From contig PS015546.1 of the NCBI GenBank assembly GCA_048213135.1, forward strand, positions 6,740-50,988: 44,249 nucleotides of DNA. Reading direction: 5' to 3'. How positions within the stretch are numbered: position 1 is the stretch's first letter; the number at the start of each line of letters is the position of its first letter. The position numbers were made by a program, and so were the translations under genes. The notes below the pieces were generated by a model. That model made no database searches. It saw only the letters and a list, made by a program, of their open reading frames with translations, and was not told where the DNA came from. Below are positions 13,101-26,150 of this stretch, in pieces. The stretch comes from Reclinomonas americana ATCC 50394. Taxonomy: Eukaryota.

Positions 13101-16100
13101 AGACACACTCCCGCAGCCAGGACTGTAGCCGCGGATGAGGACCTGCTCGCATCGCGTGGCCAGGAACACCACCATCTGGTGCCGCTCAGCATGCTCCTCC
13201 TGCAGCATCTCGTCCTCCTCCATCCACTGCTCCGGATTCCAGAAGCTGCTGATGACGGCTGTCAGCCGGTCGTCACGGCCACTGCCGCCTCCTCCGTATC
13301 CACCACCGCCGCCCGCCCCGACACCACCCGTACCAAAGCTGCCGTTGTCTCGACCGCCACGGAAGCTGCGCTCTCCAGTCACGCCTCCACCTGTACGAAT
13401 GCCCTCGTTGCGCAAATTCTTCGCCAGCAGGCGGATCTCGTTGAGCGGGCTGAGGATGCCGGTGGAAGTGAGAATGGTTGGACGCGAGCGTGCAACGCCA
13501 CTGCCCGCCCGCTCAGCAGAGCCCGGCACACGGCCCTGTCCAGGTGCCGGTGATGGTGTGGAGCGCGCACCACGCGCACCGTCGGTGGGCGACGGCGGCA
13601 AATCAGCCGAGCCGCCAGAGGCCGACGGAGAATGATGTCGCGTCGTCACCGGCGAGTGACGAGCTGCCGAATTGGTGGACGATGCCCGAGAGCGCTCGCC
13701 CGCCACCGAATCAGTCGGAATGTCGAGGCTGCTGCGCGGCACGGTGGAGTCCAATTCACTCAGTGGCGACACTTGGTCACTGTCGTCGCCCTTGCGAGCA
13801 GTGGCGGCACGACGTACAGCCATGGCTGCGGCGGCGGCGGCTCGGTGCTGCCGCGTGGCACTCATGGGCGACGCCTCGTTAACGGGGACGCGAGCAGACG
13901 GTGCGTTCGGACCCGCAGACGACGAAAACGAGGTCGGAACATCGATGACGGGTCGCCCAGGCACCGACGACTGCTGTGCAGCGTTGCCGGTACGTGCCAG
14001 CCCCGCCGACGTCGGTGCAGCGGATGCGGACGAGCCCTGAGACCCGAGCGATGAGCTGCCGTACCGTCGATTGGCCGCAAACGTACTGTCGCCGCTCTGT
14101 TCCGGCGACAAGTTGGCAGCAGCGCGCGCCGTCCATTCGATACATCCCAACAGGTCCGGGTTGACGTTGACGAGAATTTCTGCGCACGCGCCACACAGCA
14201 TTGAGTGCGGAGATGGAAGCGGTGGAGAGAAAGCAAGTAGGACTGACCGCCAATGCCACCAGTGGCCGTCAGATCTGTTTCCAGGATCATGCCGGTGCCG
14301 ACCTCGGCTGGACGATTGATGACGGGACCCGCGGCCGAATGACTCGGTCTATACGTCCGTGATGGTGAGCGACTCTGCTGCTACTCATCCCTCACCACCG
14401 CATCGCGCACACTCACCGATCGACACCGCCAACCTGCGACGGCAATGTGATGGCCTTGATCTCGTGCAGGAGACGACCTTGCACGGAAATGTCGGACAGG
14501 AAGACCTCATCCTCGGCCTCGTTGACATCTGCACGCACAATATGAGCACGATGAACCGCAGGATTGTGCTCCGACTTGCGCCCACCTTGCCGCAGCGAGT
14601 CAAACACCGACACGTGCACCGCATGCAACACAAAGTTGATGTCGGCACGCACGCGCTGCTTTGACAACGCGAGACGCATGGCATGCTGGTCGGCATCCCA
14701 GCGCTGCGCTGGGCGTCCACCCACTGAACCACCTCCGCTAACAAACATGCCTCGGGTGCGGTCATCCACGTCGCGATCCGATGGCAGCTCATGAACAGTG
14801 GCCTCGTCGTCCTCCGACGGAACATGCTCAATGTCGGCCAACAGGTTGCTGCGACCGTCGGCCGTGTGTTCCGAGACCGTGTTTTCTACAACAGTGCTTA
14901 GTGTGAGAAGCGACGTGACGCTGCAGCTGACTCACGAGTGAAACACTGACCAACACCATCCAACACGTCGGGCAGCAGCAGACTCGACATCCACGAGAAG
15001 ATGTGGTCGCCCACGGCGGGTGCACTGGCCTTGGAGGCCGCGCGAGGTCGTCGCCGAAGCGCCGAAGTGAGAGCCTCGAAGATCTGCGGGCGCTCCGGTG
15101 GCTTGATGGAACCCTCGGCCATGCGCAACAACTGAAGTACTCGGTGCGGCGTGTACTCCTCGTAGTCGGGATACTCGGCCCACGGCACTTGCCGCTGCAG
15201 CAGCAGCAGCAGTTGCTCCTGTTGTGCCTCCAAGAAGAACGAACGCGCGACCACGACACGGTGCATTTGCCAAAAGAGCAGCTGCCGGAAGACGGAGCAA
15301 AGTCAGTGAATCGTGCCGGTGGATGACGTATGGACAAGTGCCGTCTCACCGCCCACGAGCTGTACAGCGCCAGCACCAGCACTGGTGCCTCTTTCAGGAG
15401 CGAAATCTCAATCGGATGCACCGCTACTGTCACGGCGCCGCCCATGCCACCCGCCGCCACAATCTCCTCCAGTTGACCGCCACCACTTATGGCACCAGAG
15501 GGGTCGCTTTACATGCGTGCGCGCAAGAGTATGAGCGAACACGTGACATCGTCAACGAGAATGTGTGTTGTCCGCGCGCACCTCATGCCACGCTGGAACG
15601 ACCACTCCACACGGATGGTGCTGAGCTTGACGTTGCAAATGACAGGCCGATCTTCCACATTGGGTGAGAGCAGCGGCAGACCCTTGACACTGGGCGTGGG
15701 GTTGGCAGGTTGCTGTGCGCGAAGAGAAGGGGACAGATTGAGCGCGGCACACAGAGAGGTGACAGTGGGACAAGGAAACACACCGCCACACGCGGTGTAA
15801 ACAGTCCCCGCGGTCGGCGTGATGATTGATGGGATTTCTCCACAATCAGCTGCAACGCCGCACTGTTTGACAGCTTCTGGATGTAGCCCTCGACGGATCT
15901 GTGTGGACGGCGACGTGAGAGGCAGTCATCACAAACACAATTCGACAGCATGCCAACGCACCCGACGTGGAAGCTGCCGCACGACTCGATGACATTCCAG
16001 TCCGACGATGCAGCATTCTGTGCGAGGAGAGAGACACACATCGGTTAGTTGCCGACCAAGGACCACCAACGTTAGAACCAAGCAGACGTACCTCATCAAA

Positions 16101-19100
16101 CACCCACTGCGGACGCGAATCGAGCGAGCTCGGTCGGAACGTGACCGAGCCGATAAACATGACGTCGTTGATGTCGACCACTGCGCGGCAGGCCAGTGCC
16201 GACCGCAAAACACCTTCGGTGACACGTGGCACCACAGCTTGCACGGCTTGCAACTGCAGCGAAAAGCTGTCGGTCACACACGCGGGTCTGACAGCAGGAG
16301 CAAGCAAGCATACGCACATGAACAGTGCTGGCGGCAAAGCATACGCGCGTCGACACGTGATGGTTGCTGCGTTCTTTCTTGACCGAGCCGTCGACTCGCC
16401 GTGGTGGGAATCTGCGGCAAGCTAGCTGTGAGGAGCGCTGCATTCACAAAAGTGTGTCGAGAGTACATCGCACGCAACGGATGCTTGCGCTCAATCGAGT
16501 CGATCAGCATTTTGAGCGTGCGCGGTGGCTGCCACTTGCGAGCCACGTCGGTGGCATTCTCGAGAGTGCACGGCGACAGATGCACGTTCAGCGGACCGAG
16601 CAAATCAAGCGTGTACGTCACAAAGAGCGTGCGGTGATCGTGAATCTGTCGATTGGTGCGATGGGAACGACCGGCGCCCTCCCTGCAAACAGAACCACCG
16701 TCAATCCACGAGTACAAACGGATAAGAAATAGCCGAGGCACGAGAGAACATGTACCATTCTGGCTCCTCCGATCGCTGCGACGAGGATCGAGGGCGAGCA
16801 GCACGGCGCGTTGGCGACCCCGTCACGGAACTCACTCCGGGAGCTGCATGCCGCAGCGCAGTGAGTCACCGGAACAAGGTGAGAGCAAGGAGGACACAGA
16901 GAAATACAAACCACTGTGTGCGAGGAAGCGGAACCGCGATCCCGTATGCAGACCCACAAACGAGCTCTGCAGCTGATCGAAAAACAACTCATCCTCCTCC
17001 ACGGGGCGCACCGTGTACCGCTGCTCTGTCACCACCATGTGATCGAACGACGAAACGCCCCACTGCGGCTCAGGAGTTGATCTGCGTGAATGGACAAGAG
17101 AGACCAGCCATCAGCGCAACAGCAAAGACGTCGGAGGCGAGAACAGAATGAAAGAAAATTGTGCGCAACGGATCATCCTTCTCCAGAGAGAACTCCGAAC
17201 GCGGATGGTGCGAGTAGTACCCCAGTTGCGAAGAGCGGACCAACATGGGACTGAACACCGGTCGCTCGAAGCTGTACAGTGTGCGCGGCATGTACCGACG
17301 ATAGCTGGGCGGCACTCATACTCGTCAGCGAGCGAGACACGCTAAAAACCAGACGACGCGATCGCAAACCTTGTGAATGCCAGTGGCACGCCCGACTGCT
17401 TCGCGTCGGCGACCTGCACCAAGTACAGTTCCTCCTCGCTTTCGGCAGCTCCAGCAGAGGGATGGTTGTACAGCGGCACAAAGTACCTGCAACCATTCGA
17501 GGTGAATGACCAGGAAGAAGACGGAGGAGGGAGGGAGAGAGCGAAGACGCACCGATCGCGCAAATTGCTCGCCGACGACGATGGTCCGCCACCTGCTGCT
17601 GCCGGCGGAAACGAACCGCCGTTGGCGGTGCCTCGTGCGGAGCGCGGTGGCTCATCAGCGGTGCCATCGCCAACCGTGGGCGTCACGGCACGATCTGACA
17701 CACCGCCTGTCGCATCGTCCTCTGTCATGGCACTCTTGAACGTCTGCATGGTTGTGAGTGAAAGTCGACGTGACATTACCGCAGCGATAGAGCGCAAACC
17801 TGTGAGCCGGTTGATTGCTCGTCCTCGTTCTGGTCGCTGTCGCCGTTTTGCACGGCATCTCGGTAGTCGTCGTCCAGCTGGCGCGCATGCGTATACCAAT
17901 TAGCAGCAGCAACAGCGGCCGGTGAAAACAGAGCCACAAGACGCAACATCGTCGGCCTCGACCAAATCAATCTGCTCGTCGTCGAGCTCAGGCATGTCCA
18001 ACAGATCGCTGCAATCAATGCGAGCGCAGCATGTGAGCAGACATCGAAAAACTGGAACGAACCCCCATTGATGACTTACTCGCGCTCGTCCTGATCACCG
18101 ACGGCATTCGGGCTGCGCTTTCTCCCAGCGCCACGTTTCCTCACATTGACCGGCTCTGGCTCGACAAACGCGTCTTCGTCGGCCACTGCACGAAATACGG
18201 GGCACGTGAGCGTCGATGGGCATTCACTCGCCCGTGCATGCCACTGTCAGCGTACGCAACAGGAGTCCACCCACAAGAACGGAATCAGCTGCGAGTACTG
18301 GTCGTGATGCTCAAGGAAGCGCGCCTGGTGATTCATCTCTTCGACCATTCCAGCCTCGGGATCGCTGATGTGGTCAACTGGCAGACGCGTATACACGTTC
18401 AAACGGAATGCCGTCTCAATGACGCCGCCCTCGAACCAGTCGACACTGCTTCGCGGGCTCCACTGCACGAGATGGCGAATCTGTGTCGGAGCAAGTCAGC
18501 AGACACGATAGCGCGACCGACATCGGATTCAACTTCGGCCCCACACACCCGAACGTACGGCACGCTGACTTCCAGTCTCTCGTGGTACGACTGGTGAATG
18601 TGGTTCGACACCGACACACTGCGTGCACGCGGATCATGTGAGCATCGCCATTCCACTTCTTCGCGTTGGAGACGCGCACGCACCTCACTCCCTGCCGAAG
18701 CGCAATCTCCATGGCCGAGCTCTCGCTCCACAAATGAATCACCACCGAGTTGACGTCGAGTTGGATGGTGTCGAGAATGTCGCGCGCATGACGCTCGTCG
18801 GGTGTGATTTCATCAATCTGGCACAGCACATGCAGTGAGACAAAATATACGCGCCACGCCTCGCACACAATAACAAACCACAGCTGCTTCGGTCGATGCG
18901 GCCGACTCGTCGCCCGCATGTTCCACCACAGTGGATGTCGACGCGTCGTCGTCGCCCTGGCTCACATTGTCCTTGTCAGTCAGTGTCGAATCGGCCAGTC
19001 GGCGAGGGACTTGCCGCTTCTCGTAGTCACCCACGAGTGGCATCCTGCGGACAGAACGAAGCAGACATGAGCTGCCGAAGCAAACATGATGGGGCAAGAG

Positions 19101-22100
19101 TGATCCGCGAGGTCGCAACTTCCACTGCGCAATAAACATTTCGGTGGCAGTGGAGAAGAATGCCAACGAGCCCGGCGTCAGCTCGCCCGTCACGTCGCCA
19201 ACCGAGAACTGCTGTCGCACCATGTACTTGGTCATGTCGATCGGGTTGTACGCCGACTTGAGCTCAAAGTAGAACGAGTCGACACCGACAAAGGAGCCGC
19301 GAGCCGCGGGATCCTCTGGCGGATGCGAGAACGTCGGCGGCAAGATTGTCACGGGAGCCGCCTGCATGGAAATCTCGAGGGCAGACAGCTGATTGCGCGC
19401 CTCAAGCGTGAATCGCTTGCAGTGCACCGCACCAGTCACCTCCTACACACACACACACACACACACACACAAGGTGGTCAGCGAACAGAAGTCACATGGT
19501 GCATAAGAAAACAAGAGCGCAGCGACAAACCGGAGTTGCCGCAAACATTTCCGCCGGCAGCTCCGACTCAATGTTCTTGACGTCGAGAATCACACAGATC
19601 TCCAGGTCCAGTTCCTGAGGCGGTGCCTCTACAGAGCACAGTGTGAGAGACACGAGAAATCTGAAGGAGATACAATGCACCAACTCACCATCGTCTCCAC
19701 CACCCGCCATGCCACCGACACCAACACCACCGCCGGCTGGGACACTGCTGACAACAGCACCACCGGCCGCCGCCGAGACGCCCACACCTCTGTGCACAAG
19801 CACACACATACATGGTTAGTCGCCGTGACCAGCATCACACACGCGCGCGCGCGCCCGATGAACCTCACGCTGCCGGCTCCGACGCCCGATGTGACATTGG
19901 CACCACCGCCTCGCGACGATGCACGGCCTGTGCGAGTCATTGACGTCGCTGCCGCGGTCGGAGCAGCCGCTGATGGGCCACCAGTCGCCTCGTAGTATCG
20001 TGAGACACCTGAAGCCGCTGCAAAACGCCATGAGGTTGCTGCCGAGACGGAAAAATGCTGACTGACTGAATTACCTCGCGACGGTGGTGCGCCACCAACC
20101 AACGGAGGGACACCGCCAGCAGCACGCAAGCGCTGCTTGGCACGCTGCACAATGTACTTGTTTCGCTTGCGCCGTTCCTCATCATAGATCCACTTGGTGT
20201 TCACGTGTCCTCGTTGAGAGAAGCCGATTTGCGTGAGCGACGACCTGCAACGGATGGCGCTGTCAGAAAAAGGGTCGCTCCATGAAAAGAGTGGAAGCAA
20301 GCACGCACCGCCACTGTCCAAAGTAGTTGTAGCACAGATTGAAAACGTACTGCAGCGCGAATCCCGTCAGGCGCGTGTGCACTCGGTCCACGTAGAACTG
20401 CAACACCAACGACGCCGACTGGTGAGACGAGCCGCAAGATGCGCAATACAAGGCACACGCACCTCGAGGCCACAAGAATCACGGCGAAGTGACGGTCCGG
20501 GTCCCAGGGCGGTATTGTGGTACACGTAATGACCGATGATGTTGGCGGTACCGATCTTGCACACTTCGACAGTGGCGCGCGGATTGACCGCATCTCTGCA
20601 CAACAACACAATGCGCGTGTCAAGCCTCATCATTCGGTCGTCTTAGAGATGTCACACACACGAGGTTCGCAACGGTGCTTCGGGAGACGACGGCGCGTGG
20701 AAACTCTTGTGCACGTGCCCCGACGGTGGCAGCCGCAGCAAGCCTTCGCACTGGTCGAGCTGCACACAACAAAAGCCGATGCTAAGAAACACACAACCAC
20801 AGCAGTCGCAGTGCTGGACGCACGAGTACGCACACTTGCTTGAAAGTAGATTTGCGTGAGGTCCTCCATTGGCTTGTTCCACGGCAATCGAAACTTGCCC
20901 GACAAACGTTGTCCGTTCAGCTCAACCAACGCTGCGCAGGCACCATGTGAGTAACGCGAGGCAATGCAGCGCACGAGATCACACCCGTGCAATGCACACC
21001 GTTCTGCTCTGGATCGTTCGGCTTGTCGATAATGTTGTTGCTGTTGACGTGCGCCAGCACGCGGAAGCCACGAAAGTCGGCATCGATTTTCACAAAGCTC
21101 GGCGCGAACTGCCACAACTCCCCCGACGGTCTCCGCTCCGACCAGTCCTTCCCGAGTGACACAAGCATCGGCAGATGATCGTTGAGGTACCAGATGGAGG
21201 AGTTGATCAGAGTGAACGTCACGCGGTTGCCACCGCCGAAATCGCCCCACTTGAGTGGTGAGTCGGAGAACACACGACCCTGCGAGAGAAAGAAGGGGGG
21301 GAATGAGTAAGTCTCCCATCTACACTCGTGTCCCCACAAGTCGACGCAACTTCCAGTCGATCAGCAGTGAGAATCGACGCCCCATTGATCGAGGTGCGCA
21401 CGTCAATCTTCTCCAGCTCCACCTTGGTCGTCACGCGCCACGGTCGAGTGTCGTCCATGATGGTCCACGGAATGTTGACATGCACGTTACTGCCGGGCTC
21501 CACAAACGCCGCAAAGTAGTACTCGCACGGCGCGCCAAGGTCGACGGGCTCCATGTCCTCAAAGGGCATCTTGATGACAGCGCGATCCTCGAACGTCAGA
21601 TGCACTTGCACCGACGTGTACGGGCGGCCGGCAAGCTCCTCCGCAGTCGCCAACTCCATGTCCTCGTACATGGAAGGAAAGAAGAATGTTTGCAGCTCGA
21701 TGCGTGCCTCGTCGTGCACCGGGCCGTACGTGATGCGCGGCTGTGCAATGCCCACGGTCACCTGCGGAGGCGAGAGAAAGAGAGACAGGATTGAGACACG
21801 AGATGAGTAGAAGAAAAAGTGCCTCGGCGACACTCTCTCCACCTGGAACACTGGTGGCGATGGGTCGTGTGCGTGCGGATCGACAGCGTCGTACTCGTAC
21901 GTAATGGTCAGCATAGACGCCAACAGCATCTGCAACTGGTCGTCCTTGATGTGCGGATGCACACCCTCCACGATCGGTGCCGGTTCCGGCTCCATTTCCT
22001 CGACCGCCAACGGTGCACCAAAACGATCGTGGCCTGGTGCGCCACCCGCCATGCCGCCTACCGTGCCACTCATGCCTCCGCTCGTGCCCATGAAGCCGAA

Positions 22101-23814
22101 AGGCGACTTGGTGAGGTCGTCAGCACTGCGTTGGAGAAAGTAGCCGGGAGGCGAGTTCACAAAGTTGCGGCCGATACTCCTCCCTGGCTGGACACGGAAC
22201 GGAGCCGTTCCTGTGTCTGTATCGTCTGTCGACATGAACGGTCGGCCGGTAATGTCAGAGTTCATGGGATCAGTCATGGGGTCGGGTTCTGTGGCAGACG
22301 GGTGTGCGTGAGAAGTGGCACGAGGTACGGTGTGATGGAAGGAGCATTATTTCAAACCAGCAGCGAAGCGATCCTGCCGAGCACCGCGGTACGACGTGGA
22401 GTGAGAGGCGGAGGCGTCGGGCGGAGCCTCTTGCTGACCACGCATGTTGCGGAAGAAGCGACGCAGGCCGCGTGTTGCCACACGGAAGAAGCTGTGCATG
22501 ATGTTGCGCGTCAGCAAAAAACGACGGCGACAGCCAAGCTTCTGAGAAGCGTAACGCAACGCTTCATCGGCCTCCTCCAGCTTGTCATTGATCTGCTCCT
22601 GTGGCTTGCGATAGTCGCGATTCTCACGCAAGAACAGCTCGGCTGCATACAAGCGCGACTCGACGACCATGCGGTAAAGGTCACAGGGGATGGGTGCCTC
22701 TTGAGCGAAAATGAGGCCCTCGGCAGTCTCGAAACTCAGCACCGCCATGCTGCGAATCGCCGGGTTGCCGACCATGACACAGCCCTTCTCCACCATCACA
22801 GCAATGTTGCGCAGCCGTGAAAAGATCTTTGGCAGCCCACGCTCGTACACAGGCGGTGGCGCAGGTGGAGGCTCGGCGACGGGCTTGCTCGGCTTCTTCT
22901 TGGACTTGCTCGCGTTGCCCGACGCACCACCGCCACCGGCAGCAGCCGCCGCCGCAGCAGCAGCAGCAGCAGACGTCGTCGTCGATGCAGACGACGCACC
23001 ACGAGGACGCGGCAGAACATTGTCTCGCTGACCATCCATGGACGTTCGCGGGCTGCCGCACACAAGCACATGAGCGCAATGGAACACTCGGGTGTCTCTG
23101 CAGAGACACACACACACCTCTTGCCCTGTCGTCGCCGCAGCCGCGGATCGCCCGACGCATCGGTGCCATAGGCCATCTCAAAGTGCTCCGCTCCTGCACA
23201 CACAGTCGACGTGGTAAGCAAGAGAACGAGCGCGAGACGAACCCGACGCAAAAGACGCAACGCCGCTGTTCAATCAGCTCCTTCAAGTGATCGTACTTGG
23301 CAATGTTATTGTACACCAGCACCTCCAGCCCATGCAAGCGCACCGACAGCCGCCCCACCGGCGTCGTCACCTCATCAAGAATGCGCGGTCGATGTCGCCA
23401 CCACCACAGCGTAACATACCCATCTGCCACAATGCAATCAATCCATGCACGCACGCAGTCATCCATGGATCTTTCTCTCTCTTTGTGCTCACCAACGACT
23501 CTCACGCCGAAATCCTGCGTGTACAGTCGCAGAGAGCGGAAGAAGATGCGTCCGGCCAGTGGCGCAAACGACACTGATCCGACCTCAAAGTACGAGTTGT
23601 CGTCGCAGTAGAGCCAGCGCACAAGCACAGACACGAGGAAGCCGCACACGCGTGATGCGTAGAACACATAGACCACCAAGCTCACGGCGAATGACACCTG
23701 TCATTGTGCGTGTGAGTGGGAGTGCGTGTGTGCGCAGGAAAGTGTGTGCGTGTGTGTGCCAGACGGAACAATCGCCACGAGGATCTTGAACTCGGTGGTG
23801 CTTCCGCCGGCCAT
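4106..23814 (-). CDS. BLTP1: Bridge-like lipid transfer protein 1 (KIAA1109/Tweek/LPD-3/Csf1 family); giant multi-exon gene
   Basis: N-terminal TM plus family signature YASRVCGFLVSVLVRWLY..SYFEVGSVSFAPLAGRIFFRSLRLYTQDFGVRVVDGYVTLWWWR. FSA_C-like C-terminus: IPDAKINVFSH..VLVDLESAFERPIFVTTNL..FDPRLSALGD..HIGVFIFRVLNGSM. Minus-strand exons linked by GT-AG introns lie between; not every junction was verified. Confidence 0.88.
12066..12168 (-). repeat. CAG/CAC/CAT trinucleotide tract encoding poly-Gln/His in BLTP1
   Basis: Translates to HQQRHHHAQQHHHQHHQHHQQHQQHQQHQQHQQR. Confidence 0.9.
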
Positions 23815-23923
23815 TGCGCGTGGCACGAAGAAGGGCGACGAGCACTGCTCAACTCCCCCACACTATAAATGCAATGCAGTGATCAATGCACGGGACATGT
23901 GAAGTTTTATTGCCGCTGCGAAG

Positions 23924-25252
23924 TCATCTAAAGCCCGAGAGCAGCAGCAGCGATTGTAGTGTGACAGGTCGGCGACATGCTGGGCATTCCGGCTGCGCGT
24001 GCGCGAGAATGAGAACAAGAAAGCCACCTCGGTCGACGTTTGAGCACGACGGACCTTGGCGTTGCACCAATCGACAATGCAGTTCCAGCAAAAGATGTGA
24101 CCGCACTCGGTGGCGGTGGGTGCGCGACGACGAGTGGTCTGGCAGATCAAGCAGCGACCGGTGTGCGTACGCACCGATCCGTTCCCTTTGTCTTCGTCAT
24201 CCTCTTCCTCCTCCTCTTCGTCCTCCTCTTTTGCGGTCTCGTCGGCAGGTTTCGCAGCGACCGCTATGCGTCGGAAAATGGTAATCGCACTGGTGATGCC
24301 CAGTTGAATGAGAATGAGCCAGCCGACCAGCGTGTACGGCCGCTCCGTGTCGGGTGGCGACTTGAGCGGACCCGTGTGCCGCAACTGCGCGCCAGTCGTC
24401 GCAGTGAGTCGCAGGCACACGCAGCAAGCACGAGGGGTGCAGCACGCAACAAAGCGCACGCCTGCCACGCGCTTCGAGATGTGAAAGAACGGTCCGCCGA
24501 GGTAGAACAGCGCCAAGTGCAATCGCGACAACAGGCCAACCAGAGGCGGTAATCGCTCCAAGACGCGTCGCAGCACGTGCAGCCATGGTGGTCGCCACAC
24601 CGCTGGGGCGAGGGGGGCGGGCAAGTAAGGAAACAAGAACGACGGAGGTTGGAGATGGAGAGATGCAAAGTGCGCAACTTCGTTCGCGTCGGAGACACCA
24701 CTGCAGAGCGGCCACGCGTGATGACTCGAGGAGTCGAGGGGCGAGGCATTGCAGCAGCACGTGCGTCCATCGTCGCTGTCAAGGAGAGGTCAGTGAGAGG
24801 GAGAGAGCGAGGGGAGAAGAGAAGGACGCAGAGAGCGATCTCTCACCGGTGTTGATGGGTAATCCTGCGTGTCGTGTGTCACCTGCACGATGCCGCAGTA
24901 CTCTTCGCCGAGGGTTTGGAGGCCTTGATGCGGAGGAGATGAGCAGAGGAGCAGAGTGGAGAGAGAGATAGAAAGAGAGAGACCTCGTCCAGTGGTCACC
25001 AAGTGGCACGCCAGTTCCGAAACCAAGACGCTCTCGTTGAGCCACTGGCGCTGCACGCGGGAGCCTATGCGTGTGCGGAGTGAGGAGGGGCGGAGAGTGT
25101 GTGAGAGAGAGAGAGAGAGAGAGAGTGTTGTGACCGAGTAATCTCTCCAGCACATCGTTGAGTTCGTTGACCAGTCGCATGGCGACATAGCCGTCCTTTT
25201 GTGCAGCGCGAAGCACGTGGGCAGAGGAGGCGGGTGGGAACACCGTTGGCAT
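23924..25252 (-). CDS. PEX10: Peroxisome biogenesis RING E3 ligase PEX10
   Basis: MPTVFPPASSAHVLRAAQKD; conserved G-LQTLGEEYCGIVQV; LHLALFYLGGPFFHISKRVAGVRF; C-terminal RING CLIC...TATECGHIFCWNCIVDWC..PECPACR. Confidence 0.93.
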
Positions 25253-25376
25253 TCTCTCCTTGGAGGTGTTCGAGAGTTCACGGGACGACCACCATCGACG
25301 TCGATGTATTGTTTTGAGCTCACAAGCGGTCACATGGACGCTGGCGACGACGTCTGCGGCAAGGCTGTCTGCACCA

Positions 25377-26105
25377 TCACTGTCCATACTTCTCCGTCAC
25401 GGTGACAAGCTCGGGCGGGCCATTTCCCGGAGCTGAGAAATCCACGACCTGCCCACGTGGTCCATCGGCTCCTTCCGAGCCGAAGCAGTGTGGGTTCGGC
25501 ACTGCAATCGTTGCGATGGCGTGCTCTGCATCGCCCTGGTAGTTGGGGCTTACAAGAAACTGATCGCCGACCCCTCTCTCCAGCGCTTCCGAGGCAGTCA
25601 TTGTCGCCGGGAGAAATCGACCGTGGCTGTCTCGGTATCCTTGGCCTGCCATCTGTACCTGCACGATCAGCAAGGAGTTTGAGAGACGGATGCAACTCCT
25701 TAGGCGATGCAAAGTGTCGCACCTTGTCTGTGCTCCGAAGTACGAGTGCGAGAACGAAGTGGAGATGGAGAGGTTCGTTGTTGATGTGTCGAATTCGACC
25801 GCACATGGGGCGTATTTGACGCGATGTTGACTTGACAGCATTTTCTGCTGACAGCTTCCCTTGCTGCTAACACTACCATGGAGTTCTCCGTGGGGCAGGC
25901 GATGCATTCGGGCAGAGCAGATTGTGCGCCTGCACATTGTTGTCAGCAGCGAACCTGACGATCTCCATGCCTCTCTGCCCGGGGGCCTCGTCAACCGCAC
26001 CATATCCAAGAGCTCGAGTTCACGCAAGAGGTACTCGTTAAAAACAGCGAACAGAAAGATGAGCGAGAAGAGAACTATGAGTTGTATGGTATACAGTAAC
26101 TCCAT
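25377..26105 (-). CDS. Hypothetical protein with N-terminal signal/TM segment; exon structure uncertain
   Basis: MELLYTIQLIVLFSLIFLFAVFNEYLLRELELLDM followed by a GTGCGG donor and downstream acceptors. The frames of later exons are ambiguous. Confidence 0.4.
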   Translation of the reverse strand: MELLYTIQLIVLFSLIFLFAVFNEYLLRELELLDMVRLTRPPGREAWRSSGSLLTTMCRRTICSARMHRLPHGELHGSVSSKGSCQQKMLSSQHRVKYAPCAVEFDTSTTNLSISTSFSHSYFGAQTRCDTLHRLRSCIRLSNSLLIVQVQMAGQGYRDSHGRFLPATMTASEALERGVGDQFLVSPNYQGDAEHAIATIAVPNPHCFGSEGADGPRGQVVDFSAPGNGPPELVTVTEKYGQ

Positions 26106-26150
26106 CCACAGGTTTGTTTATGATTGATTCGCAGCTCTGCTGGTGTGGTA

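Noticed and set aside
4235-22820. Many long plus-strand ORFs (e.g. 11294-12289, 21819-22820)
   Set aside because: They are antisense shadows of GC-rich BLTP1 exons, with no recognisable motifs.
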